Both the position numbers and the translations under genes were made by a program. A stretch of 63,471 bases of DNA, filler included, from Chiloscyllium plagiosum (lineage: Eukaryota): the NCBI RefSeq assembly GCF_004010195.1. It is 3 parts of one record of this genome, joined end to end, with 100 filler letters (N's around TTAATTAATTAA, not from the genome) between each part and the next. Parts side by side here need not be neighbours in the genome. Positions count along the whole stretch, not along the records: positions 27,920 to 53,709 come from NC_057712.1; positions 53,810 to 63,471 come from NC_057712.1; 1 more part is not named here. The stretch is one strand, 5' to 3'. Positions within the stretch are counted from its first letter, which is position 1. Every line of letters starts with the position of its first letter. This document shows, piece by piece, positions 51,486 to 63,471 of this stretch. Below the pieces are notes generated by a model, which was given only the letters and a program-made list of their open reading frames with translations, did no database searches and was not told the origin of the DNA.

Positions 51486-52245
51486 GAAGATATAGACTGT
51501 AGGGAAATAGATGGTGACATCTTGCAAAATGTCCAGATTACAGAGGAGGAAGTGCTGGATGTCTTGAAACAGTTAAAGGTGGATAAATCCCCAGGACCTG
51601 ATCAGGTGTACCCTAGAGCTCTGTGGGAAGCCAGAGAAGTGATTGCTGGGTCTCTTACTGAGATATTTGTATCATCGATAGTCACAGGTGAGGTGTCGGA
51701 AGACTGGAGGTTGGCTAACGTGGTGCCACTGTTTAAGAAGGCGGTAAAGACAAGCTGGGGAACTATAGACCAGTGAGCCTGACCTCGATGGTGGGCAAGT
51801 TGTAGGAGGGAATCCAGAAGGACAGGATGTACATGTATTTGGAAAGGCAAAGACTGATTAGGGATAGTCAATATGGCTTCGTGCGTAGGAAATCATGTCT
51901 CACAAACTTGATTGAGTTTTTTGAAGAAGTAACAAAGAAGATTGATGAGGGTAGAGCAGTAGATGTGATCTATATGGACTTCAGTAAGACATTCAACAAG
52001 GTTCCCTATGGGAGACTGATTACCAAGATTAGATCTCATGGAATAAAGGGAGAACTAGCCATATGGATACAGAATTGGCTCAAAGGTAGAAGACAGAGGG
52101 TTGTAGTGAAGGGTTGTTTTTCAGACTGGAGGCCTGTGACCAGTGGAGTGCCAGAAGGATCGGTGCTGGGTCCTCTTCTTTTTGTCATTTACATGAATGA
52201 TTTGGATGTGAGCATAAGAGGTATAGTTAGTAAGTTTGCAGATGA
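51486..52245 (+). mobile_element. CR1 RT fragment (same subfamily as 40115-43505)
   Basis: Highly similar to 42046-42790. Confidence 0.88.
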
Positions 52246-53545
52246 AGAGCATTCTTGGAAGAGCAGAGTCTGATTAGAACAAGTCAACATGGATTTAGTA
52301 AAGGAAGGTCATGCCTGACAAACCTGTTGGAATTTTTTGAAGAGGTAACAAGTAGGTTAGACCAGGGAAACCCAAAGGATGTGGTCTATCTAGACTTTCA
52401 AAAGGCCTTTGATAAGGTGCCACACGGGAGGCTGCTGAGCAAGGTGAGGGCTCATGGTGTTCAAGGTGAGCTGCTGGGATGGATTGAGGATTGGCTGTCT
52501 AACAGAAGGCAGAGAGTTGGGATAAAAGGTTCTTTTTCAGAATGGCAGCCGGTGACGAGCGGTGTCCCGCAGGGTTCGGTGCTGGGGCCACAGCTGTTCG
52601 CATTATATATTAATGATTTGGATGAGAGAACCGGGGGCATTCTAGCGAAGTTTGCCGATGATACAAAGTTAGGTGGACAGGCAGGTAGTACTGAGGAAGG
52701 GGGGAGGCTACAGAAGGATCTAGACAGGGTGGGAGAGTGGTCCAGGAAATGGCTGATGGAATTTAACGTGAGCAAGTGCGAGGTCTTGCACTTTGGCAAA
52801 AAGAATAAAAGCATAGACTACTTTCTAAATGGTGAGAAAATTAATAAAGCCAAACCACAAAGGGATCTGGGAGTGCTAGTCGAGGATTCTCTAAAGGTAA
52901 ACATGCAGGTTGAGTCCGTGATTAAGAAAGCGAATGCAATGTTGTCTCTTATCTCAAGAGGGTTGGAATATAAAAGCAGAGATGTACAACTAAGACTTTA
53001 TAAAGCTCTGGTTAGGCCCCATTTGGAGTACTGTGTCCAGTTTTGGTCCCCACACCCCAGGAAGGACATACTGGCACTGGAACGTGTCCAGCGGAGATTC
53101 ACACGGATGATCCCTGGAATGACAGGTCTAACATATGAGGAACGGCTGAGGATACTGGGAATGTAATCGTTGGAGTTTAGAAGATTAAGGGGAGACTTAA
53201 TAGAGACATACAAAATAATACATGGCTTGGAAAAGGTAGATGCTAGGAAATTGTTTCAGTTAAACGAGGAGACTAGGACCCGTGGACACAGCCTTAGAAT
53301 TAGAGGGGGTCATTTCAGAACAGAAATGCGGAGACATTCCTTCAGCCAGAGAGTGGTGGGCCTGTGGAATTCATTGCCACAGAGTGCAGTGGAAGCCGGG
53401 ACGCTAAATGTCTTCAAAGCCGAGATTGATAGATTCTTGTTGTCTAGAGGAATTAAGGGCTACGGGGAGAACGCTGGTAAGTGGAGCTGAAATGCGCATC
53501 AGCCATGATTGAATGACTTACTTCCACTCCTATGTCTTATGGTCA
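52246..53545 (+). mobile_element. Young 5'-truncated CR1 of another subfamily
   Basis: 303-aa open RT ORF ([25 protein letters not shown]) plus 3' region. Confidence 0.92.
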
Positions 53546-53709
53546 TTAATGGAGATGGGGAGGTCCAGGAAGGGGAGGGAGGCGTCAGAGATGGTCCAGG
53601 TAAATTTAAGGTCAGGGTGGAATGTGTTGGTGAAGTTAATGAATTGCTCAACCTCCTCGCGGGAGCACGAGGTGGCGCCAATGCAGTCATCAATGTAGCG
53701 GAGGAAGAG
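53546..53709 (-). mobile_element. PLE family A RT fragment
   Basis: Reverse complement encodes LFLRYIDDCIGATSCS..EVEQFINFTN. Confidence 0.85.
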
Positions 53710-53809
53710 NNNNNNNNNNNNNNNNNNNNNNNNNNNNNNNNNNNNNNNNNNNNTTAATTAATTAANNNNNNNNNNNNNNNNNNNNNNNNNNNNNNNNNNN
53801 NNNNNNNNN
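53710..53809. other. Artificial 100-bp join (N44-TTAATTAATTAA-N44)
   Basis: Identical layout to 27820-27919. Confidence 0.9.
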
Positions 53810-54545
53810 GTGGTGGAGGCTGGTACAATTGCAACATTTAAGAGGCATTTGAATGGGTATATGAATAGGAAGGGTTTGGAGGGATATGGGCCGGGTGCTG
53901 GCAGGTGGGACTAGATTGGGTTGGGATATCTGGTCGGCATGGACAGATTGGATCGAAGGGTCTGTTTCCATGCTGTACGTCTCTATAACTCTATGACTTC
54001 GAACAAGGGATCGAAGGTATGAGTACCAAATTTTAAGATGGCAAAAACTGTATCTGGAGTCGTGTGCACTATGTTGGCTCCCAATTTAAGGATGGATGGG
54101 AACATGTTGGAGACAGTTTCAAAAGCTTTATTGGATTAATATCTGGAATGGGTGTTTTATGAGGTACGGCTGGGCAGATGAGGCTGGTATTAACTGGAGT
54201 TTAGAAGTGTGAGAGGTAACTTGATTGAAGCATATCACACCCTGAAAGGTAGACATTTCCTCATAAGGGTGAATCTAGAACTAAGTGTGAACCATTTAAA
54301 GCAAGCAAGATGTTTTTTTTTCTCTCAGAAAGCTATGTATCCTTGGAACTACCTTCCTGAAAAGGTGGTGCAAGCAGAGTCCCTAAATATTTTAAGGCAG
54401 AGGTAGATACCTTCTTGTAAAACTAGGGATGAAAAGGTATCAGGGTATGTGAAAATGCAATCTTGACTTTACATTGAGTGAGATTAGCTATGATCTTATT
54501 GAATTATGTAGCAAACTTAAGGGACTGAATGGCATTTTCCTTGCC
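53810..54545 (+). mobile_element. Two CR1 3' ends
   Basis: 53810-53998 matches 27182-27355; an older CR1 3' piece follows. Confidence 0.75.
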
Positions 54546-54996
54546 CTCGAGTCTTTCTAATATTATTGATTGTCATTGCATGTTCTTTGTTAATTATAAA
54601 TCCAGTTCAAAATATTATCCAACTCTCAGAGCATGCAGTATAGACTGCTTTACTATTTGAGGTTGAGTATGATGAAACTGACAAAAGCAAATGAATGAGA
54701 AACTGAAGTAGGCTTTGGGCAGCGTGCTCAAACATTCAACAAGATCATACCTGATCTATTTCAATGACATTCCACATACAATCCCTATGTGGTGAATATA
54801 TTAAACAGAAAATCCAAGATCTACTTTGTCATTTTGAATCATATTGTACTTGATACATTAACTCTGCTTCTCTTCTCACAGATGCTGCTCAGATTTCACA
54901 CCATATTCTGCCTTCACTTCAAAATCTACCCCCTTTAGACCAAGCAAACTCGTTCAAGCATATTTCAGCATTTCAACTTGCCATTCACTTTCTTAC

Positions 54997-55184
54997 CATT
55001 GTGATAAAAATACCAAACTCTGGATTCAATGACACGTTATCTCCGTCAGTGAAGATAAATTGTTTCTTTCTTTCTTTTCTTGCCATAAGAATAATATAAA
55101 TCTGTTGAGCTGCGACAGATAAAACTGGCAGCTCAATTCGATTAAATTCATCAAAGCAGCCCCAGGAACCAGACTGTGCCAAAC
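54997..55184 (-). CDS. DNAH8: Dynein heavy chain exon, AAA1 Walker B region
   Basis: ttttcAG|...|GTaaga, 188 nt, [70 protein letters not shown] is the AAA1 Walker B motif; [19 protein letters not shown] are DNAH8-like rather than DNAH5-like (from memory). Confidence 0.93.
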
Positions 55185-56499
55185 CTGAAAAATACAGAAC
55201 ACTGGTTACTACTGTTTGATATTGCAAAATAAAATTAGTCAATGACATTTTGTAGCTAGTTACTCATCAATAACTTTTAATTAGTTGACATTTCATCTGA
55301 TCATTTCAAGTTGGCTGTTGACAATATTTTGAAATGATCACAACAAAAACAACAGCAACTTGCATTTAAACAGCACCACCAATCTAGTAAAATACCTCAA
55401 GATGCTTCACAAGTACATTATTCAACAAAATATGATAAATTTTCAGAAACAATTCTGTGGAGTGAGCGGTAAAAATAAAAAGATTGAGAGAGAGTTTTCC
55501 CAAGCTTAGGACCAATGCAATCATACATAGAGTTACAAATGGTGTTGCTGAAGGCTTATCATTGAAGTAAACTTGAAAGGTTGTAAATTGGGGGAAACTT
55601 CAGCAATTGGAGAGGATGAGCCATGGAAAGTTTTAAAACCAAGCTTTACTAAACCAGGTCAGTAACCAAAGAGGCAATGAATGTATGGCACTGAATATGT
55701 ATTTGGGCATAAGCAGTAGAGTTTTGGAGGATGTAAGGTTTTGGCAATGGAGAAGATTGAATCATTCAGAGTGTGTGGGCATCAATGACAGGACTAGCAT
55801 TTATTGCCCATTGAAATTCTGCAATCTATTTTGAGTAGGTAGAACAATAACAATGTTGTAAGGCTGGAAGTTCCAGGATTTTGACTCAATAACATTGAAG
55901 AAACAATGAAATATTTCCCAGTCAGGATGGTGAGTGGCCTGGAGGGGAAATTGCAAAATTGCAGGTGGTGGTATTTCCAAGTATCTGCTGCCCTTTTCCT
56001 TCCCAATAGAAGTGGTCAAGGGCTTAGAAAATGCTGTTGACAAAACCATGGTAAACGTCTGCAGTGCATCTTGTAAATAGTTCACACTGCTGCTACAGTT
56101 TGTGGTAGAGGGAGTGTATGTTAATATAAATATTGTCATCAAGTGGAATGTGTTACTCTGGATGGTGTCAAGTTTTGTGGTTGTCAATGGGAGAGGTCAG
56201 GGCCTCAGTTGAAGGGTAAATAGGAAGGAAACATTATAAATGCTTTTGCCTCAGCCGAGGTAGCATAAATAAAAAGGCAGGATATATAACAATGGAACTA
56301 GAAAAAGATAGTCCTCACATCGGGAAGGAGTGGAGATGAGATGGATGTGTGGTCAACTGCGTCTGAGGCTGCATATACATCAGGTAAGATGAGAAGATTA
56401 AAAATTCTTAATGTAGTGATCAAAGAATATAGCATATAATTGAAAAAGGACACAGTGCGAAAACTTCCCATATTACATTCTTCAAGACAATTCTTGATC

Positions 56500-57695
56500 G
56501 GTGCGGAGTTCACTTTTGTTTGTCATTTGTATAAATGATTTATGAGAATATAGAAAGCATGGTTATTAAGTTTGTGGATGACACCAAGATTAATGGTATG
56601 GTGGACACTGAAGAAGGACACTGAATAGGATTCGTTAGGCACGACCTACCCTTCACAAAACCGTGCTAACTGTCCCTGATCAGATTATTCTTTTCTAGAT
56701 GTTTATAAATCCTATCTCTTATAACCTTATCCAACACTTTACCAACAACTGAAGTGAGACTCACTGGTCTGTAATTACCAGGGTTGTCTCTACTACCCTT
56801 TTTGAACAAGGGAACCACATTTGCTATCCTCCAGTCCTCAGGCACTATTCCTGTAGACAATGATGATTTGAAGATCAATGCCAAAGGCTCGGCAATCTCT
56901 TCCCTTGCTTCCCAGAGGATCCTAGGATAGATCCCATCCGGCCCAGGGGACTTGTCTATTTTCACACTCTGTAGTATTTCTAATACCTCTTCCTTGTGAA
57001 TCTCAATCTATTCTAGTCTAGATGCAAGTATCTCTGTACCTTCCTCGCCAACATTTTCATTTTCTATAGTGAACACTGTCGAAAAATATTTATTTAGTGC
57101 TTCCCCTATCTCCTCTGACTCCACACACAACTTCCCACTATTATCCTTGATTGGCCCTAATTTAACTCTTTGAGGAGAAAGTGAGGTCTGCAGATGCTGG
57201 AGATCAGAGCTGAAAATGTGTTGCTGGAAAAGCGCAGCAGGTCAGGCAGCATTCAGGGAACAGGAGAATCAATGTTTCTGGCATAATCCCTGGAGCAAAG
57301 GAGGCTGAAGGGTGCCCTTACAGAGGTGTATAAAATTATGAGAGGCATGGATAGTGTAAATAGGAAGGTCTTTTCCTTGGGGTGGGGGAGTCCAAAATTA
57401 GAGGGAATAGGTTTAAGGTGAGAAGGGAAAGATATAGCAGAGACCTGAGGGGCAACATTTTCACTCAGAGGGCAGTGTATATGTGGAATGAGCTGCTAGA
57501 GGAAGTGGTAGAGGTGGATACCAGTACAACACACTTCAAAAGATATTTGGACAGGTATATGGATAGGAAAGGTTTAGAGGGATATGGGCCAAACACAGGG
57601 AAATAGGACTCGTTCAGTTTAGGAAACAAGGTTGTCATGGACAAGTTGGGCTGAAGGGCCTGTTTCTGTGTTGTACAAATCTATGATTCTAAGAA
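56500..57695. mobile_element. CR1 mosaic: plus-strand 3' part, inverted CR1 piece (about 56620-57170) and PLE terminus (about 57171-57290)
   Basis: Minus ORF KSPGPDGIYPR...PGNYRPVSLTS; plus-strand FVDDTKI and CR1 3' end. Confidence 0.8.
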
Positions 57696-57879
57696 TCTTA
57701 CCAGAGATTTGAGCTATGGGATGTAGTCCAAAGATAAAGGACAAACCTTCTTGATGGAGGTGAGGAGAAATGTTGTCACTCAGAATTGTGAAACTTCACA
57801 TTCTCTATATCAGAAAGCTGTGAATATTCAATTGTGGAACATAAATAACACTGACAGAACTGTAGACACTAAGGGACTT

Positions 57880-58745
57880 GCAATGATTGCCTGATATCAA
57901 GTCACCTTTTATTTACTTGTGCACAATACACTGGCTGTGGCCAGCCAGCTCAAAGTCAGTCTCCTGAATTAAAAAGATTCTAAATCTCCTGATTCTATTT
58001 TTTTTTTCTTTTCTTTGTTTTACTGAGGAGATTCTAATCTCCTGAATTTTATTTTTTATCCTTTATGCTTTTATTCCCCAAAGAAACCAAACAAAAATAA
58101 AACAGTAAGGTAATGACTCAGATCAAGAAAAATTTCCCTACAGTCCACTGGCTGTGGCCAGCCAGCTCATGGTCAGTCCACTGAACCTAGGAGACACCAA
58201 ATCCCATGGGTTTTTTTTTTTTACACAGGAGATTTTTTTGTCTTGGTTGTATTTTTCTTTTTTTCATTTTTTTCTTTTTTTGAGGAGACTTTAATCTTCT
58301 GCTAATACTTCCTTTATTTTCCCCTTTCTTTACTAAGGTGAGTCTAATCTCCTAGTTATATACCTACTTTTCTTTAGTGTCCCATCAACAAATCATCTTG
58401 TATTTTCCAGTAGAAGGTGAGGACTGCAGATGCTGGAGACCAGAGCTGAAAATGTGTTGCTGGAAAAGCGCAGGTCAGGCAACATCCAAGGAACAGGAGA
58501 ATCCACGTTTCAGGCAGCACGAAATGTCGATTCTCCTGCTCCTTGGATGCTGCCTGACCTGCTGCGCTTTTCCAGCAACACATTTTCAGCTTTTATTTTC
58601 CAGTGCACAGTACACTGGCCAGCTAGCTTGGAGTAAGTTCTCAATTGTGGAGATTCTAATTTCCTGTTTATACTCATTTTTAATGTGGTTTTCTTTCTCT
58701 TTTACTGTGGAGATTCTAACCTCCTGATTATTTTTCTTTTTTTTT
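57880..58745. repeat. Array of GGAGATTCTAATCTCC-like hairpins with T tracts, possibly a rearranged LTR
   Basis: About 7-8 variant copies; ACTGGCTGTGGCCAGCCAGCTCA at about 57930 and 58148. Confidence 0.6.
58412..58593. mobile_element. Fold-back PLE mini-element
   Basis: 11-bp TSD TATTTTCCAGT (58401-58411, 58594-58604); inverted arms. Confidence 0.8.
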
Positions 58746-58750
58746 TAAAA

Positions 58751-58987
58751 AGATTAGATTAGATTACTTACAGTGTGGAAACAGGCCCTTCGGCTCAACA
58801 AGTCCACACGGACCCGCCGAAGCGCAACCCACCCATACATTTACCCCTTACCTAACACTACGGGCAATTTAGAATGGCCAATTCACCTGACCTGCACATC
58901 TTTGGACTGTGGGAGGAAACCGGAGCACCCGGAGGAAACACACGCAGACACGGGGAGAATGTGGAAACTCTACACAGTAGGTCGCCG
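58751..58987 (-). mobile_element. HE1/V-SINE-like SINE lacking its tRNA head
   Basis: (GATTA)n tail and central domain present; ends just before the B box. Confidence 0.85.
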
Positions 58988-59014
58988 GTGTGGTGTGGTG
59001 GGGTGGGGGTCACA

Positions 59015-62000
59015 AGGTACACGAATCTTTATTCAATTCCCACCACCAGGAAGCTGGGAAAACACCGGGGTGGCCAGTGACAAGCACTGCCCTTCACATC
59101 AAAAAGGGCAGTGCTGTGTGATCAAAACAGTGAAGGGGAGGGTAGGGACTAAAATCAAAATAGAGTTGGAGGGGGAAAAATAATGCACTCCACTCGCTGT
59201 GGCGCCCACCGTGCAGCACCCTCCACCCCAGATCCCTGAGAGAAAAGGGGGAGGACTCCCGCGTAGAGAGCCCTCCACTGGGGATCCCCACCGCCCGGTG
59301 GCAAATGGGCATGCCAAGGCATGTCCAGACAGTGGATGAGGGAGAAGAGGTAGACGGTGTGCAACAGCAGTCTATACAGGGCCCGCCTTTTTACCCCCTG
59401 GAAGGGAACAAAATTAAAATTCCGGAGGCGGCTCAGGTTGTGGGGCACAGGCTCCCGCGGGAAGTACGGGACCTTGGGGCCAATGTGAAATTCCATCCAG
59501 GCTGGGGTGAGTGCGGATGGGATCCCACCGCACACCTGAGCGTCCTCCAACTGGAGCACTACGTCAGGTCCGAGCACCGCCATTTTAAGGCGTTGGATGG
59601 CGGTGGCCACGTACAGGACGTCTACCGCGGCCCTGCTCGCTATGTCCGACACCCAGCACGGCCCTGACCCTGGTCACCCTCGCCGTCACGGCCCTCCCCT
59701 CTGACAGCCATTCAAACCCACGAGTACAGAGGTGCAGATTCCTGAGCAATGGCTCCCCGAGGACAGCCGCTACTCCTGCCGGAGGGTAGGTGCGACGTGA
59801 TTCGACCATGTTCCAGACAGTGATCAGGTCCTGGTAAAAGACAGGCAGCGTCTTGAGGGTGACCTCCAAACCGTTACGGTCGACGAACAGGAGCTGCGTG
59901 TTGTAGTTGAGGTTACGCACCTGGCGGAAAAAAAAAAAAATACAGTCTCCAGGGCACACCACCTAGGAGGAGGCTCGAGGTAAAAGGTATTGCTGCAAGA
60001 TCTGAAGGTGGAATGTCGCGACATGGTGCGGACGCACACCAGCGACTGACCACCCTCCTCAATAGGGAGACTCAGGACCTGCGCAGCAACCCAGTGCATC
60101 TTTTTGTCCCAGAAGAAGTCGACCAAAGTTCTCTGGATGTCAGCGACAAAGCCAGGCGGAGGGACCAAAGTGACTAGTGGGTACCACAGCATGGCGGCCA
60201 CCAGCTGGTTTATGACCAGCACTCGACTCCTGTAAGATAGCACTCGGAGCAGTCCTGTCCAGCGGCCCAGGCGAGCTGAGACTTTGGCCTCCAGCTCCTG
60301 CCAGTTGGCCGGCCAGGATACCTCTGCCAGGCTGAGGTAGACCCCCAGGTAGAGGAGATCGGTAGTACTCCAGCTGAACCTCCGTAACTCCTCCGGCAGA
60401 CAGTCCACCCACCACGGACCGACTAGTAGACTTTGGCCTCCAGCTCCTGCCAGTTGGCCGGCCAGGATACCTCAGCCGGGCTGAGGTAGACCCCCAGGTA
60501 GAGGAGATGGGTAGTACTCCAGCTGAACCGCCGTAACTCCTCCGGCAGACAGTCCACCCACCACGGACCGACTAGTAGTCCGGAACATTTGGCCCAGTTG
60601 ATCCTGGCGGAAGACGCTGCCGAGTACACGGCCTGACACTCTCGCATCCTCCCCAGGTCAGCCGGATCGGTGAAAGTGAGGAGCACGTCCCTCGGCGTAG
60701 GCCGGAGAGGACCACCCCCGTGCCCGCGCCGCGCAGAACCAGCCCCGACAACCTCCTCCGCAAGAGGTGCAGGAAAGGCTCCACACAGGGAATACAGCTG
60801 GTCGGAGAGGGGGCAGCCATGACGCACTCCTCTCCTGCAGCGAAGGGGCGTCGTCAGGGACCCATTAACTTTAATCAGACACTCTGCTGTGTACAAAAGT
60901 CAGATCCGGTCGACGAACTGCATCCCGAACCCGAATGCCCACAGAGTCCCGAGCAGGTACTCGTAATCGTCCCTGTCGAACGCCTTCTCCTGGTCGAGAG
61001 ACAGGAAGGCGCTCGGCAGACCAGCCCGTCGACAGATATGGATCAGGTGCCGGACCAGGTGGACGTTGTCGTGTATCCTCCGGCCCGGGACCGTGTAGGA
61101 CTGGTCCGGGTGAATCATGTGGGCCAGCATGGAGGCCAGGCGAGAAGACAACAGCCTGGCGAAGATTTTGTAGTCCGTGCTGAGGAGGGAGACCGGACGC
61201 CAGTTCTTCAAAGAACGAAGGTCCCCCTTCTTTGGCAGCAGGACGATGACCGTCCTGCGCCAAGAAAGGGGCAGCTCTCCGACATTTAGACACTCCCCCA
61301 GGACCTGTGCGTAGTCGCTCCACAGGACGTCCCAGAACGCCCTGAAGAACTCCAGTCAGCCCATCCAGCCCCGGGGACTTGCTCCTCGAGAGCCGGTCGG
61401 CTCCTCTAAAGTGACAGGAGCGTCGAGCCTTCCTGCATCCTCCAGGCCGAGCTGCGGCAGGTCCTCCCACAGAACTGAGCATCCTCGCTGGACGGATCCG
61501 GAGAGAACAGAGCCGTGTAATAGTTTCGGACGTGGGCCCTGATACCCTCCAGATCCAAGAAGAGGGACCCGTCGTCGGCCAGCAGCACAAGGAGCTGATG
61601 ACGGGTGCCACGCCGTTTTTCCAGCGAGTAGAAGGGGGGGTGCCGCGGTCCAGGTCCTGGAGGAGTTGGATCCGCGACCTCACGTACGCGCCCCGAGCCC
61701 AGACGAGCTGCAGGTCCCGGAGCGCGGCCTTCTTCTCTTTGTACGCCCTGTGCAGGGCCGGGTCCGCGTCAGGCTGACCGAGGCGTGACTCCAGGTCGAG
61801 CATCTCCCACTCCAACTCCCCGATCCTGGATTTCCGCCTCTTCGTCGACCCCCTCGCATAGTCCTGACAGAAGACGCGGACATGAGCCTTGCCCACGTCC
61901 CACCATAGCCTCAGAGGGAAGCTACCCCGCTTCCTTCTCCAGCCAGCCCAGAAACGACGAAACGAGTCCCAGAACAGCTCGTCCTCCAGCAGCAGGTTGT

Positions 62001-63471
62001 TAAAGTGCCATTACGCGGAGCCAAGCCTGGTGCCAAATGGAAGGAGTTCTGCCCACACCAGGTGATGGTCCGTGCACGACACCTGCCGCGTGGAGGCCTT
62101 CGGAAAACAGGAGGCGTACACCCGCGAAACGCACAGGCGGTCGATTCTGGACGCTCCGACCCCAGGCCTCACGAAGGTGAAGGCGATGGAGTCGGGATGA
62201 AGATTCAGCCAGACGTCCACCAGGTCGAAGGACCTGACCAAGTCCCCCAACCTCCTCCCCGATGCCCAGCCAGTGTGGGCACCTCCGTGGTCTCTGCTCT
62301 CGAGGACGCAGTTAAAATCTCCCCCGAGGACAACGCACTGGAGGCAAGATGAGCGGACACTTCTCCGAAGAAGCTCGCTTGCCTCTGCCCGGCCAGGGGA
62401 GCGTAGACGTTCACCAAGTGAAGCACCGTGCCCCCCAGCCGAATCATCAGGTGAAGCAAGTGGCCTGGCACGGGCTCCCTGACCCCCAAGATCTCCGGCT
62501 GAAAATGCGGGGCCAACAAGATAGCCATCCTGCCAGATCTGCGGGTGAGGTGACTCATGTAGACCCCTACCTCGCCACTCCAGGAGCCAGGTGGCTTCGT
62601 CTCCCGGGGTAGTGTGGGTTTCTTGCAGGAAGCACACCACATACCTCCAGTCCCGAAGGACCGAGAGGGTCTGGAATCTGCGCTGTGACTCCCTGCTGCT
62701 GTTGATGTTGAGGCTGGCTATAGTTGTCTCCATGTCGGAAGCGTTGTGCAACCACCACCAGTACAGTTAAAAACCGATATATACATTTACTGGGAGGACA
62801 GGGGAGGGGCACAGAAGTCCCTCACCCTTAACAGGAGTGCCCCTAGGAAGTTCCTGACTCGCTTTCGCTCATTCACGTCGAGCCCAGGCGAGCAGTGTGG
62901 GCCGACCAGTAAACTCTTTCAAAGGAGCTCCACCGGTCGAGCGCCAGTTGGGCTCGATCCTGGCGACTCAGTTTCCTCAACAAATTCCTGGAGTTCCTTG
63001 AGGGGGAGATCGGTGGCGGACACCAGGGACGATGTGGACTCTGCAGTGACATTTGAGTCCCAGGTTCCCCCCACCTGGGACTCGAAAATGTCACTGCAGA
63101 CAGAGTCCGCGTCGTCCCCGGTGTCCGCCACCGATCCCGAACCCTCCTCTGGGAGGTTGCCCTCAGTTACCAACCCCTCCCCCACCGAGGATGGGGGCTG
63201 GTCCGGCGCCACCAACTGGCCTCAAACCCCGGCAACCCCACCCCCGTACGCCATCCAGAAGGCGCGGTAGGCCACGCCCTCGTGGAGGAGGGTGAAAGAG
63301 CCCTCGGTGACCTCTTCCAAGGACAGGCAAATATACTCCTTCCGACGCCAGGTGTTCATGTGTCAGAGGGCAGGGTCCTTAAGACCAAGCAGGAGCAATT
63401 GGACACCCGACCGGATCTCCCCCAAGGTGTTGAGGTGGGGAAGAAGGAGCTCACTGGAAATGAAGGGCGGG
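59015..63471 (-). mobile_element. GC-rich Tx1-clade LINE (end of ORF1 plus ORF2, frameshifted); runs off the window
   Basis: ORF2 start METTIASLNIN at 62733; FLQETH, GGDFNC, SRIDR, TDH; KNWRPVSLLSTDYKI; LDQEKAFDR; GVRHGCPLS; AATAAA near 59030. Confidence 0.92.
60281..60578. repeat. 149-bp direct tandem duplication within Tx1 ORF2
   Basis: ACTTTGGCCTCCAGCTCC...GACTAGTAG at 60281 and 60430, with about 4 substitutions. Confidence 0.9.

Noticed and set aside
57880..58745. CRISPR array or bacterial terminators
   Set aside because: Vertebrate context, degenerate repeats, low-complexity spacers of irregular length, no cas genes.
59000..63471. Bacterial contamination because of high GC and many overlapping ORFs
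   Set aside because: Collinear APE endonuclease and RT motifs identify a Tx1 LINE contiguous with a vertebrate SINE.

Overview
Vertebrate nuclear DNA, most likely a cartilaginous fish (shark), inferred from the mix of CR1 LINEs, HE1/V-SINE-like SINEs and Penelope-like elements (PLEs). The window is mostly nested transposable elements: CR1, Rex1/Babar and Tx1 LINEs, two PLE families, a Gmr1-like Gypsy element, tRNA-derived SINEs and a Tigger/pogo-type MITE. Four minus-strand GT-AG exons encode an axonemal dynein heavy chain most like DNAH8, but they are out of protein order (AAA1, stalk, stalk, N-terminal tail). Both order breaks span 100-bp N44-TTAATTAATTAA-N44 linkers, so the window is probably three joined contigs. 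The most striking signal is a dense set of minimal type I hammerhead ribozyme motifs (CUGANGA-stem II-GAAACGUC) in the PLE terminal repeats. Many sit in short non-coding fold-back insertions with 11-16 bp target-site duplications (TSDs). One insertion has two tandem hammerheads 286 nt apart, a retrozyme-like layout. Family names come from motif recognition only; no searches were run, and TE boundaries are approximate.
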